DNA of 64,000 nt from a virus. Its lineage: Duplodnaviria; Caudoviricetes. The stretch lies in the IMG/VR virus record IMGVR_UViG_3300048502_000133, positions 1-64,000 of that record. One strand, written 5' to 3'. The notes beneath the pieces were generated by a model. It made no database searches and was not told the DNA's origin. It worked only from the letters and a program-made list of their open reading frames with translations. Numbering within the stretch: position 1 is the stretch's first letter; each line of letters opens with the position of its first letter. Positions 18,628 through 27,033 of the stretch are shown here, piece after piece. A program made the position numbers and the translations under genes.

Positions 18628-19068
18628 ATGCCGGTACTCACGCCGATCACCAATGTGCCGCAAAGCCAGGACATGATCCTGCTGCGCGGCACGACGCTGG
18701 CCCCGTCGCTCATCATCTACCAGTACACCCCAGCCGCGACCTTCGGCGGCACTGCCACCAGTGCCGCCTACCCTATCCCCAACAACGCCCGGATCCTGTT
18801 CATCGTGCAGCCGAACATCCTCGTGCCCGCAAGCACTGCCCCGTTGCTCCAGAAGGACAACCAGAGCCTGACCGGCGTAACGGTCACCAACGCGGCAACC
18901 GGCCTGATTACGGTGAGCTTCAACGCGACAGATCTGCTGGATCCGGTGGCGTTCCCTGAAGACGCGAACCAGTACTACGCAGTGAAACTGTTCGTGGGTA
19001 CGAATCCTGAGCAAATCGTGATACAGGGGGCGTTTGTCGTCACCAGTAGCATCGTGAGCGCAACGTAG
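18628..19068 (+). CDS. putative Ig-like tail adaptor (BppU-N-like)
   Basis: AGGAGG RBS, ATG 18628; TVTNAATGLITVSFNATD pattern; follows the fibre-like gene. Confidence 0.45.
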   Translation: MPVLTPITNVPQSQDMILLRGTTLAPSLIIYQYTPAATFGGTATSAAYPIPNNARILFIVQPNILVPASTAPLLQKDNQSLTGVTVTNAATGLITVSFNATDLLDPVAFPEDANQYYAVKLFVGTNPEQIVIQGAFVVTSSIVSAT

Positions 19069-19078
19069 GTGATTTCTC

Positions 19079-19822
19079 ATGGCAGAGGAAGAAGCAGCCG
19101 CCCAGTCCTTCCCCAGTCCACCTCCCTCCCACGATCCGTACCAGCTCCTGGCAACGGTAGGCGACGTACGGGAGACCATAGGCGAACTCCGCGCCCGTAC
19201 GACCGTCCTGGAGCACGCACACGCGCGCACTGAGGAGCGTCTGGGCACCATCGAACATCATCTTGTGGATCAAGACTCCACCATGCGCGCCAATCATGGC
19301 GAAGTACTGGCGTACGTCAAGCGCCTGGAGCGCCGGATCACCATTCACAATGATCTGGTGCGTGCGGACCTGGCAGGAAACCGGCTGACCACCTCCGCCC
19401 TCCACCACGCGCTCCAGCAGATAGAGCCCTGGGTAGTGGCCATGCACACCAAGGAGGAAGCCCGCGCCAAGGCGCGTAAAACCCTCCAGGCCCAGGCCCG
19501 AACGATCCTGGCCGCGATGGCGGTCACCACCTTCAGCGGGGTTCTCTCCGTCATTTTAGGCATCACCAGGCCCGAGGGCGGGCAGGATCACACGCTGGCA
19601 CTCGTGGGCGTGTTTCTCCTGCTCCTGGGGGCGCTTTGCGCCGTCGCGCTCTGGTACGCGCGCACCAACGATCCTGTTACTCCCTTCCGCTCCGCCCTTC
19701 CGGCAGTGCTTTTTGAGGACGACTCAGAGAACCCCAACCGGAAGCAGACGCCGGAGCCCCAGTCCATCCAGTCGCTCAAGGAGGAGGAAAAAGAGCTAGA
19801 AGACGAGACGCCACCCAGTTAA
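19079..19822 (+). CDS. coiled-coil membrane protein, holin/antiholin-like
   Basis: N-terminal coiled coil plus two C-terminal hydrophobic helices; at start of lysis cassette. Confidence 0.5.
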   Translation: MAEEEAAAQSFPSPPPSHDPYQLLATVGDVRETIGELRARTTVLEHAHARTEERLGTIEHHLVDQDSTMRANHGEVLAYVKRLERRITIHNDLVRADLAGNRLTTSALHHALQQIEPWVVAMHTKEEARAKARKTLQAQARTILAAMAVTTFSGVLSVILGITRPEGGQDHTLALVGVFLLLLGALCAVALWYARTNDPVTPFRSALPAVLFEDDSENPNRKQTPEPQSIQSLKEEEKELEDETPPS

Positions 19823-19866
19823 CGGCGATCCTCTGCGTTCACCCCCTATCAAGGAGTCCCCGACCT

Positions 19867-20382
19867 GTGAATATCCCCGCAGCGCTGCTTATCGCGATCT
19901 TCATCTCCCTGATCAAGCCCGCGCTCGAAAAAGTCATCACGCCGGACAACACCCTGCACGACTCGCTGATCCAGCTCCTGGCGTTCGCGCTGGGCATCGG
20001 CGGCGCCCTGGTGCATGAGATCACCCTGAGTGCGGTGATTACCGGTCCGGTGTTCTGGTCCACCACCGCAACCGGCCTGTCCTACGGCTTTACCGCCATA
20101 GCTACCTACCACCTGGTGCCGAAGGGCGCGTTGCAGCAACTGAGCCAGGGTTTCGCGACACTGTACCAGGCGCCTTCCACGACCAGCGCCCCCTACACCG
20201 CCGGGCTCTCTACGCCGGTTTCCGGGAATGACGTACATATCGTCCCCAACCCTGTACCGCAGCGCTCCAGCGGCGTGACGCTCTCAGTGGCCCATGCAGT
20301 CGTTCCCGGCGACGGCACCGTCCACTCCGGGATTATTCTCCCGCATACCCAGGAAGCCGCCGCTGCGGCAGAGGGGCGCTAA
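19867..20382 (+). CDS. putative holin
   Basis: Two to three N-terminal transmembrane helices; immediately upstream of the lysin. Confidence 0.6.
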   Translation: MNIPAALLIAIFISLIKPALEKVITPDNTLHDSLIQLLAFALGIGGALVHEITLSAVITGPVFWSTTATGLSYGFTAIATYHLVPKGALQQLSQGFATLYQAPSTTSAPYTAGLSTPVSGNDVHIVPNPVPQRSSGVTLSVAHAVVPGDGTVHSGIILPHTQEAAAAAEGR

Positions 20383-21315
20383 ATGTCTCAAAACCTCTGG
20401 GGCTACGACACTGCGAGTGACGCCCGGCTCACGTTACCGGGCGTGAGCATAGACGATTTTGTCACCCAGAACCGCGCCCCGGCGGGCTTCGTTGGGCGGT
20501 ACCTGTGTGATATTCCCGGTTTATCCAACGGGCTCAGTACCACCGAACTTACCTACCTCTGGTTCAAAGGGCGCGCAGTCGGCCCGGTCTACAACAAGAC
20601 CAGCGCCGAACTCCTGGCAGGGGACGAAGCCACCGGGCGGGCGATGGCCCAGGACGCCATCAATCTAGCCTACGCCCTCAACATCCCGCCCGGTGTGGCG
20701 GTATGGCTGGACATAGAGGCAGGAATGGACCCAACCGGAGACTGTCTCTTCGGCTGGATGGATACCCTGGACAAGGCGCTGCTCATTGGTGGGGTGTATA
20801 TGAACACCAACCAGGACAGCCACGTCAACGCGTACCTGAATGCACGCGCACGCGGCGGTAGATCACTGATCTGGTCCAGTGAGCCCGAGCCGACCGATCT
20901 TTACGATGTGGTCTACACCACCTTCAGCCCGTCTACCGTCAAGCTGGGCAAGCTGGGCGCCGACGTGGTGATCTGGCAATACAGCGAAAACTCCTGGCGG
21001 CAGTTCAATGGTGGGCTGGTAGACTTCGATCTGGTCAACCCGCGCGGGCAAGCCTACCTCTGGCGGTCGATCTCCCGTAACCCGCTGGAAGCCAAAGCCC
21101 TGGGGGCACTCAAGCAGGAGCCGAACCACGCCTGTCGCCCGGCGATCGGCCCAAAGTTTGAGCCGGTCTCCCTCAAGCCCGGCGATCGCGTCATCCCTAT
21201 TGGCCCTGTGCGCGGCGTGGTGACGAACGGCGAACCCTGGCTGGAAGTCCGGCTCCCGGCGCCGTCGCCCGTCCATGGCTGGTTCCTGGCACACGCGCTT
21301 CAGGCAGCACTCTGA
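20383..21315 (+). CDS. endolysin, DUF1906/GH25-like barrel with C-terminal SH3-like domain
   Basis: WGYDT, FVGRYL, AVWLDIE, GGVYMN, IWQYSE, VDFD; C-terminal WLEVRL...HGWF. Confidence 0.8.
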   Translation: MSQNLWGYDTASDARLTLPGVSIDDFVTQNRAPAGFVGRYLCDIPGLSNGLSTTELTYLWFKGRAVGPVYNKTSAELLAGDEATGRAMAQDAINLAYALNIPPGVAVWLDIEAGMDPTGDCLFGWMDTLDKALLIGGVYMNTNQDSHVNAYLNARARGGRSLIWSSEPEPTDLYDVVYTTFSPSTVKLGKLGADVVIWQYSENSWRQFNGGLVDFDLVNPRGQAYLWRSISRNPLEAKALGALKQEPNHACRPAIGPKFEPVSLKPGDRVIPIGPVRGVVTNGEPWLEVRLPAPSPVHGWFLAHALQAAL

Positions 21316-22196
21316 TGGCAGCGATCAGGGGCGTAGGCAGCCCGGCCATAGATAGTGCCACTGGGGCGCCAGTCGGGGATCTCTGGTGCGGGCAGCTGGC
21401 GGCGGAGGGGTTCTGGCACGTCCGGTCCCCTGTAGTCGCGGGAGCACAGAACGCCCTGGCGTATGAACCCTATAGAAACGGGTTTTCCGCGTTTCGGGCC
21501 AACGGGATCGCCGCGACCGCCACGCTCGATCTCGCGCTCCATCGCCCCTGGATCCTACCAGGCCCTCGTATCTACCCCAATGACCCGTTGTACTTCAAGC
21601 GCAACCCCCGGCAGAATCCGTATATTCGCGAATATGGCGCCCGCGTCTACCGGACAGCCCAGGCACTGGTGCCCTTCGGCGTGAAATCTTTCGCGCTCTG
21701 GGCCGATGCCAATATCCTGGGCCTGTTGCCCGTCGAAGCCAACGCCCCGCCGATGGCAGGCCCCCGCGAACGGGGCGTGTCCCCGGAAGTCTGGGGATCG
21801 CTGATCTGCGAAGGAGCATCGTACGCGCGTGCGGGAGGCGCCCAGGAAGTCCACGCCGGAGCGCTGCTCTGGCGCCCGGACACCGGAGCGTATCTCAGTA
21901 ACGCGCTGCGGTATCTACGCTCCAGCGGGATCCGGCGCTTGCCGGTGGAGGGCGTCACCCTGGCGGTCACCGGCTCCTGGGGCGTCGAAGACGCCCGGCA
22001 AGCGTTCGCGATGCTGCGGGACACCATCGCCCAGGTCTACCCACGCGCGGAGTACCAGATCAGCGTCCAGGCGATGGGCATCCTGGCGGAAAACACCTAC
22101 GAAGTCCTGGCGCCGCTGTGTGATGCGTTCTACTACCCGGCGCTTTCCGGCGCCGCGCTTGACGGAATCCTGGTCCCGGTCGCCCCTACAGCCTAG
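21315..22196 (+). CDS. clan GH-A-like TIM barrel lacking both catalytic glutamates (pseudo-glycosidase)
   Basis: SFALWADAN and SVQAMG sit where the GH at 39146 has YVEIWNEPN and ITEAGW; VSPEVWGSLICEG...GAL...GAYLSNAL parallels LHPLVYGTLLEG...GGL...GAYLTEAI. Confidence 0.5.
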   Translation: MAAIRGVGSPAIDSATGAPVGDLWCGQLAAEGFWHVRSPVVAGAQNALAYEPYRNGFSAFRANGIAATATLDLALHRPWILPGPRIYPNDPLYFKRNPRQNPYIREYGARVYRTAQALVPFGVKSFALWADANILGLLPVEANAPPMAGPRERGVSPEVWGSLICEGASYARAGGAQEVHAGALLWRPDTGAYLSNALRYLRSSGIRRLPVEGVTLAVTGSWGVEDARQAFAMLRDTIAQVYPRAEYQISVQAMGILAENTYEVLAPLCDAFYYPALSGAALDGILVPVAPTA

Positions 22197-22210
22197 AGAA
22201 CGGAGAAGTC

Positions 22211-23047
22211 ATGTATTCCGCAGCATCACCTTCACTTACTACCCCCGGCGGGAGAGGGCTAGGGTACCGGCGGAGGCTGGATCACCCGGCGGTGCTTCCG
22301 CGTATCGGCCACCTCCCGCTCACCGACGCACTGCCCCCGCTGGTCGATCTCCGGCCCCAATTTATGGGCGTCGTGGATCAAGCCCAGTACGGCACCTGCA
22401 CTGCCAACGGCATGGCCGCGCAGATAGAGCACGCCATGATCCGACAGGGTATCAAGGTCTACCAGCATCGCTCTCGCAGTTTCCTGTACTACTGGAGCGG
22501 CAAGCTGGAGGGACAGGTCACCGTCCTGGACAATGGCCGCGATCCCCGCGACGTGCTGGACGCCGCCAACAAATACGGCACGCCGCCCGAAAGCGAGTGG
22601 GGCTACTACCCGATCGTCAGCGTGGAAGAAGTCCCCTCCGCGAAAGCGGATCAGGACGCGACACGCCGCCTGGTCACCAAGGGAATGATGGTCGATCCGA
22701 CACTCAGCGCGGTGAAAACGGCGCTGACGCATGGGTACGGCGTCGGTATAGCTACCAGTGTCTGGTCCTCTTTTGAAGGCTCCCAGGCGCTGGGTACGGG
22801 CGTCTGCCCCCTGCCTGTGCGCGGTGAATCCCTGCTGGGCTACCACTGGATGGTGATCGTCGGGTATGCCGACATCGCCGGTCTTCCTGGGGTACCGCCG
22901 GGCTATTTCGTGGTGCGTAACTCCTGGGGTACCGGCGTCGGGCTCAAGGGGCACTGGCTGCTGCCTGAAGCGTGGCTCACTGCCATTGACCCGAACGGGA
23001 ATCCGCTCACCCAGGAACTGATCGCGGTAGAAACGGTCACCCCGTAG
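22211..23047 (+). CDS. papain-like cysteine protease (C1A, xylellain-like)
   Basis: LPPLVDLR, DQAQYGTCTAN (oxyanion Q, catalytic C), YHWMVIVGY (H), VRNSWG (N). Confidence 0.9.
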   Translation: MYSAASPSLTTPGGRGLGYRRRLDHPAVLPRIGHLPLTDALPPLVDLRPQFMGVVDQAQYGTCTANGMAAQIEHAMIRQGIKVYQHRSRSFLYYWSGKLEGQVTVLDNGRDPRDVLDAANKYGTPPESEWGYYPIVSVEEVPSAKADQDATRRLVTKGMMVDPTLSAVKTALTHGYGVGIATSVWSSFEGSQALGTGVCPLPVRGESLLGYHWMVIVGYADIAGLPGVPPGYFVVRNSWGTGVGLKGHWLLPEAWLTAIDPNGNPLTQELIAVETVTP

Positions 23048-23070
23048 CCGAACACTGCATAGACACGCAC

Positions 23071-23113
23071 ACGCCCCCTCCGTCCTCAAAAAGGGACGGA
23101 GGGGGCGTTTTTT
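23071..23113 (+). terminator. intrinsic terminator between the convergent late and early arms
   Basis: 15-bp stem ACGCCCCCTCCGTCC / GGACGGAGGGGGCGT followed by a T run. Confidence 0.9.
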
Positions 23114-23119
23114 GCGTTC

Positions 23120-24127
23120 TCACGATGCTACAAGCTGATCCGCCAGCGAGAGTGCATCTACCGGCCAATACACGCGCGGGCGCGGCTGCAAAATACCGCG
23201 TAGACGCCCTCCGCCCCCAGGCTTACAATACAGCACTACCCGGCGCCACTGGCCGGGCAAGGCATCCAGGCCATACAGTGCCCCGACCAGCGCGCCGCAG
23301 ATAGCGCCGTTCGTGTCCGTATCGCCGCCGCTGCCTACGGTGCGCACCATCGCCTCTTCGCAGGTAGGCGCATGGAGCGCCTGGTAAAACGCGTTCTGCA
23401 GCGCCACCAGCACCCGCCCGCTGCTGGTGACGAACGCCGGAGGCTCCGACCGCGCCGCTTCCAGGGCATGGGTCACTTCGCGGCTCCGCCCGTTTTTCTG
23501 GTCCCAGGCCCGCGCGACCGCGTAGGCACCCTCTGGGTCCAGCCCTTCGCGAATCACCGCCGCCAGCGCCACCAGATACGCCTTTGAGGCATCCTTGCAG
23601 ACCTGATTCGGGTGGGTCATCGTGGTGTCCAGATCAACCCACAGCGCCAGCTGCCAGTCCGGGAGCCGGTGCCCCCAGATCGCCAGCGGGCTCTGCCGCA
23701 TCAGCGCTCCGTTTGCCTGGCTGTCCGGATTCGCGACCGCCCGCCCGGTACTCGCCAGCGGCGCGCCTCTGCGGCGTGCCTCCGCCATACCGCGCGTGGC
23801 GCGCCCGACCGTTCCGCCCACGTCGAAGGGCGCGCTTTCCAACCAGTCGGTATAGGCGCCCGCCACGTCCTCTTCATCGTACGCCCCACAGCGCACCAGC
23901 GACCGGGCCAGCGCCAGCGCCAGCTCAGAGTCATCGGTGGGCTGCCCCGCGATGGTCTGCCAGATCGGGCTGGGTCCGATGGTCCGAACGCCGCCGGGGA
24001 AGGCGTCCTCGATAGCCTCCGGCGGCATGAACTCCACCTGGCTTCCCAGGGCATCGCCGGTCAACTGCCCCAGCAGGCACCCTGCGGCCCTGCTGCGCAG
24101 CGGCTCCGGTATGGTTCTCTTCTGCAT
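23120..24127 (-). CDS. ADP-ribosylglycohydrolase (DraG/ARH family)
   Basis: GDALG, TDDSEL, ANGALMR, THP, GGDTDTNGAICGAL. Confidence 0.95.
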   Translation of the reverse strand: MQKRTIPEPLRSRAAGCLLGQLTGDALGSQVEFMPPEAIEDAFPGGVRTIGPSPIWQTIAGQPTDDSELALALARSLVRCGAYDEEDVAGAYTDWLESAPFDVGGTVGRATRGMAEARRRGAPLASTGRAVANPDSQANGALMRQSPLAIWGHRLPDWQLALWVDLDTTMTHPNQVCKDASKAYLVALAAVIREGLDPEGAYAVARAWDQKNGRSREVTHALEAARSEPPAFVTSSGRVLVALQNAFYQALHAPTCEEAMVRTVGSGGDTDTNGAICGALVGALYGLDALPGQWRRVVLYCKPGGGGRLRGILQPRPRVYWPVDALSLADQLVAS

Positions 24128-24130
24128 GGT

Positions 24131-24793
24131 CTACTCCAGTCTTCGATAGATATACAGTGCATCACGCATCCCCATATAGCGCGGGAGCCGGTGGATCTCC
24201 TCCGGCCCCCGCCGCCCTTCCTCCAGGTGCGCAAAAAACGCCTTCGTTCCGGTGCATCCTCCCTCACCTTCTCCTATGTAAATCAGCGTGTCGCCCTCAT
24301 ACGCCGCCAGCGCGTCGGCTGCCATTTCGGTATCGAACGGTGGCCAGCACAAAAACAGCGTGTGATCCTGGTGTCTCGACAGCACCTCATGGGAGCCCGT
24401 CAGTACCTCTGTCCAGTAGCGATAGGGGTTCCCGATTTTCAGTAATTCATTCCAGCTACCGTCATCGTAGGCGACCACCTCCACGCCCCGCGCCTCCAGC
24501 AGGGCTGCCCAGTACCCCAGGCCCGCGCCTATCTCGACAATCGGCCCATGCTTCGCGATAAGCGAGAGCGCCCGTTCATCGGGGATTGCCCAGGAAAACG
24601 CCCGTACCAGCTGCTGGCGCGTGGCCCAGTCCACGTCATAGGTGCCCTCTCCGTAGTACGCCTGCAGGAAAGGAAAACGCGATCCGATGCCGGTGTAGGC
24701 TGCCTGCATGTGGCGTAGGTAGGGGTTAGCCTGTACGGCCCCCTTCAACCGGGCCAGCGTCTCCGCGATCGCCTCGATCTGGTCCTGCATCAC
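24131..24793 (-). CDS. class I SAM-dependent methyltransferase-like protein
   Basis: FSWAIP, IVEIGAGLGYWA (SAM-binding motif I), VVAYD, LFLCWPP, IYIGE. Confidence 0.75.
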   Translation of the reverse strand: MMQDQIEAIAETLARLKGAVQANPYLRHMQAAYTGIGSRFPFLQAYYGEGTYDVDWATRQQLVRAFSWAIPDERALSLIAKHGPIVEIGAGLGYWAALLEARGVEVVAYDDGSWNELLKIGNPYRYWTEVLTGSHEVLSRHQDHTLFLCWPPFDTEMAADALAAYEGDTLIYIGEGEGGCTGTKAFFAHLEEGRRGPEEIHRLPRYMGMRDALYIYRRLE

Positions 24794-25110
24794 GACTTCT
24801 CCTCCCTCAACGCTGCCTGGGCCAGATCAAGATACACATCGGCCCCTTCGCGCAGCCGATGCGCTTCAGCAGCGAGAGTACCGGCGCGATCGCGTAACGA
24901 GCTTTCTAGCGCGGTTAATTCCATTGCCAGCGCCGCCCACCGCGCGCGCTCCTCCATCGTGTCTTCCAGCGTGAACGGCACCTGAGCGGCGCCGCGCAGC
25001 GCTTCTGCCAGCTCCAGAGCGCGGAGCCGGAGCTTCTCCACCCGTAGCGCTCCTTTGTACGCCCGCGCGACCTTCTCCACCTCCGCAGCCGCGTCCTCTA
25101 GCGTGGGCAT
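24790..25110 (-). CDS. hypothetical coiled-coil protein
   Basis: 106-aa helical ORF with overlapping stop/start coupling. Confidence 0.55.
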   Translation of the reverse strand: MPTLEDAAAEVEKVARAYKGALRVEKLRLRALELAEALRGAAQVPFTLEDTMEERARWAALAMELTALESSLRDRAGTLAAEAHRLREGADVYLDLAQAALREEKS

Positions 25111-25403
25111 GGCATCGTCCCTTCAAAGTGCTCCCCGAAGATAGTGATCCCGCCGGGGCAGAACGACAGCACTGCAACGGCGCGCACCAGCTCATTGAAC
25201 ATGGTCGCGGTGTCTGTCCCGGCTTTCCGGGCGCTGGGGCTAGTGATGCGGTACAGCAAGGCCTCTCCAGACGGGCCTAGCTTTTCCTCTGCCCAGCGTC
25301 GTGCCCAGGTCAGATCCTGCTCCTGTGCCCCGCCGCGTGCCTGCAGCTCCTGGATACGCAGCGGCACTGCCAGCGCCAACATGGCCCCCAGTAACGGGTT
25401 CAT
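25098..25403 (-). CDS. hypothetical protein
   Basis: AAGGAGG RBS; 101 aa in operon. Confidence 0.6.
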   Translation of the reverse strand: MNPLLGAMLALAVPLRIQELQARGGAQEQDLTWARRWAEEKLGPSGEALLYRITSPSARKAGTDTATMFNELVRAVAVLSFCPGGITIFGEHFEGTMPCPR

Positions 25404-25565
25404 GGGTACGCCTCCTTACGTCTTTCTGGACACCTACAGCGTGATATGCAGGCGTGTAATAGGGTGCTGGTGGGGTATCAAAAAAGTGTGCCAGGCTCCC
25501 CAGGAGCACAAAGATCAACGCTGTTGCCGCGATCATGACCAGCGCTGTTGCCCACTGTTCCCGGC

Positions 25566-25940
25566 TCACAGGTGTTCCTCCTCTTCCACGCGGGCACCTG
25601 CCGCCGGGATGCTCTCCAGCTGGCCCAGCTGGCGGGCTGCCTCCAGTACGCGGTAGATCGCAATATCGACGTTGTTCTTTGCGCGCGCCACGACACCTTC
25701 TACCAGCGGATCCAGACGATCCAGCGCCTCCTGGATAACCACGAACTCCTGATCCACCAGCGCGGCGCGATCGGCGGTCTCCGGCGGCCACGATCCTTTC
25801 AGCTCCTGTAGCGATTCACGCAGTCGCCCTGCTGCCTCCTGGACGTTCCCTGCGGCGCTTCGTTCGTTATACGCGTCATCTACCTGCGTGAGCCGTACCG
25901 CAAGATTGCGCACGCCCTGCTGCCGTAACCCTGTAGTCAC
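25566..25940 (-). CDS. hypothetical helical protein
   Basis: GTG start at 25940 after AGGAAAG; frame of the 143-aa ORF. Confidence 0.55.
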   Translation of the reverse strand: MTTGLRQQGVRNLAVRLTQVDDAYNERSAAGNVQEAAGRLRESLQELKGSWPPETADRAALVDQEFVVIQEALDRLDPLVEGVVARAKNNVDIAIYRVLEAARQLGQLESIPAAGARVEEEEHL

Positions 25941-26118
25941 TGTCTTTCCTCCTGCACCGGCAGAACGCACCGGGCGAGGGCCAGGGTGTTCCCGCACCCC
26001 GTCGCACCACGTCTCGTAGCGGCTACTAGGCGCCTTCGCGGGAACGTCAGCGCCGTTTGTCTCTCACACCGTTCACGTAGCACGTAAACCTTGCCCGGTC
26101 TGTTCTGCCGGTACCCCT

Positions 26119-26757
26119 TCAATTCCAGGCTGCCTGGTGCTCCAGCTTGCCGCGCGTGATGACCGTCTCCGCCACCCCGTTGTACATGCGGCAGTCCTTG
26201 ACCGTCCCTGCCAGCAGCAGCACGTCCCCGACCTGGGCGCTGGCCCGCGTGGCGAACCACACCAGGATCCGGCCCTGCTCATCCTTCATCTTCAGCATCG
26301 TGCTGACCCCGTACGAACCGTAAATCTCCTTCGCGATCAGGATTTCCACCTGGGTGATGATTTTCGATCCCACCGGCGCAACGTGCGTATTGGCGCTTGC
26401 CGGGAGCGCGGCGATCTGGGCCTGCTTGGCTGCCTGGCGTGCCAGGTACCGATCGTACGCGTTGACTGCGTTCGCCACGAAGGGCGCCTCATACGCCTTG
26501 CAGGTATCGCCCGCCACTGCCTGCACCATGCGCAGCGTGAACTCATCCCCGCTGGTGTACTGGGTACGCATCCAGCCGATCGCCGCCTGTGCCTTCGCTT
26601 CGTCTTCCTCTTCCGTCAGCGCCACGATGGCCATATCCACCGTTGACGTGATGCCCTGCTCCATCGCGGTCTTCTTGCTGACCCACCCGTACTGGCGAAT
26701 CGCGGCGGCTACGCTGGTGGCGAACCCGATAACGTTGATAGTGGCCTTGCTGCTCAT
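26119..26757 (-). CDS. hypothetical protein with C-terminal OB-fold-like domain
   Basis: VGSKI...YGSYG...DEQGRILVWF...GTVKDCRMYNGVAETVITR resembles a common phage OB-like family; first gene after box promoter 1. Confidence 0.55.
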   Translation of the reverse strand: MSSKATINVIGFATSVAAAIRQYGWVSKKTAMEQGITSTVDMAIVALTEEEDEAKAQAAIGWMRTQYTSGDEFTLRMVQAVAGDTCKAYEAPFVANAVNAYDRYLARQAAKQAQIAALPASANTHVAPVGSKIITQVEILIAKEIYGSYGVSTMLKMKDEQGRILVWFATRASAQVGDVLLLAGTVKDCRMYNGVAETVITRGKLEHQAAWN

Positions 26758-26798
26758 GGTCCCGACTCCTTCAGTGCTGCTCTCTTACCGACAAGAGT

Positions 26799-26827
26799 AG
26801 CATACCATACGTTGCAACGCGTGTCAA
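26799..26827 (-). promoter_or_regulatory. box promoter 1: TTGACA-17-TATGCT with CGTTGCAACG in spacer
   Basis: Minus strand TTGACACGCGTTGCAACGTATGGTATGCT; palindrome at 26810-26819. Confidence 0.9.
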
Positions 26828-27033
26828 CCCCCATCTATCAAACTCCGCGCGTTTATCTCCTCCTGGAGCCGGTCTTTGAGTGTCTTCAGCGACTGCTGGG
26901 TACGGCGTACCGAACGGCGTAGATCCGCCGGGAGTTCGGAGACGCCTACGTTTTCGACCAGCTGCTGCGCGCGAGAGACAATCGAGAGCACGCGCCGGGT
27001 CTCCTTGAGCAATTGATCATCCTTGAGCGGCAT
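26824..27033 (-). CDS. hypothetical helical protein
   Basis: 69 aa; its TGA stop lies inside the -35 of box promoter 1. Confidence 0.55.
   Translation of the reverse strand: MPLKDDQLLKETRRVLSIVSRAQQLVENVGVSELPADLRRSVRRTQQSLKTLKDRLQEEINARSLIDGG

Noticed and set aside
26071-26090. CACGTAGCACGT as another box copy
   Set aside because: One base short of the palindrome and no matching -10
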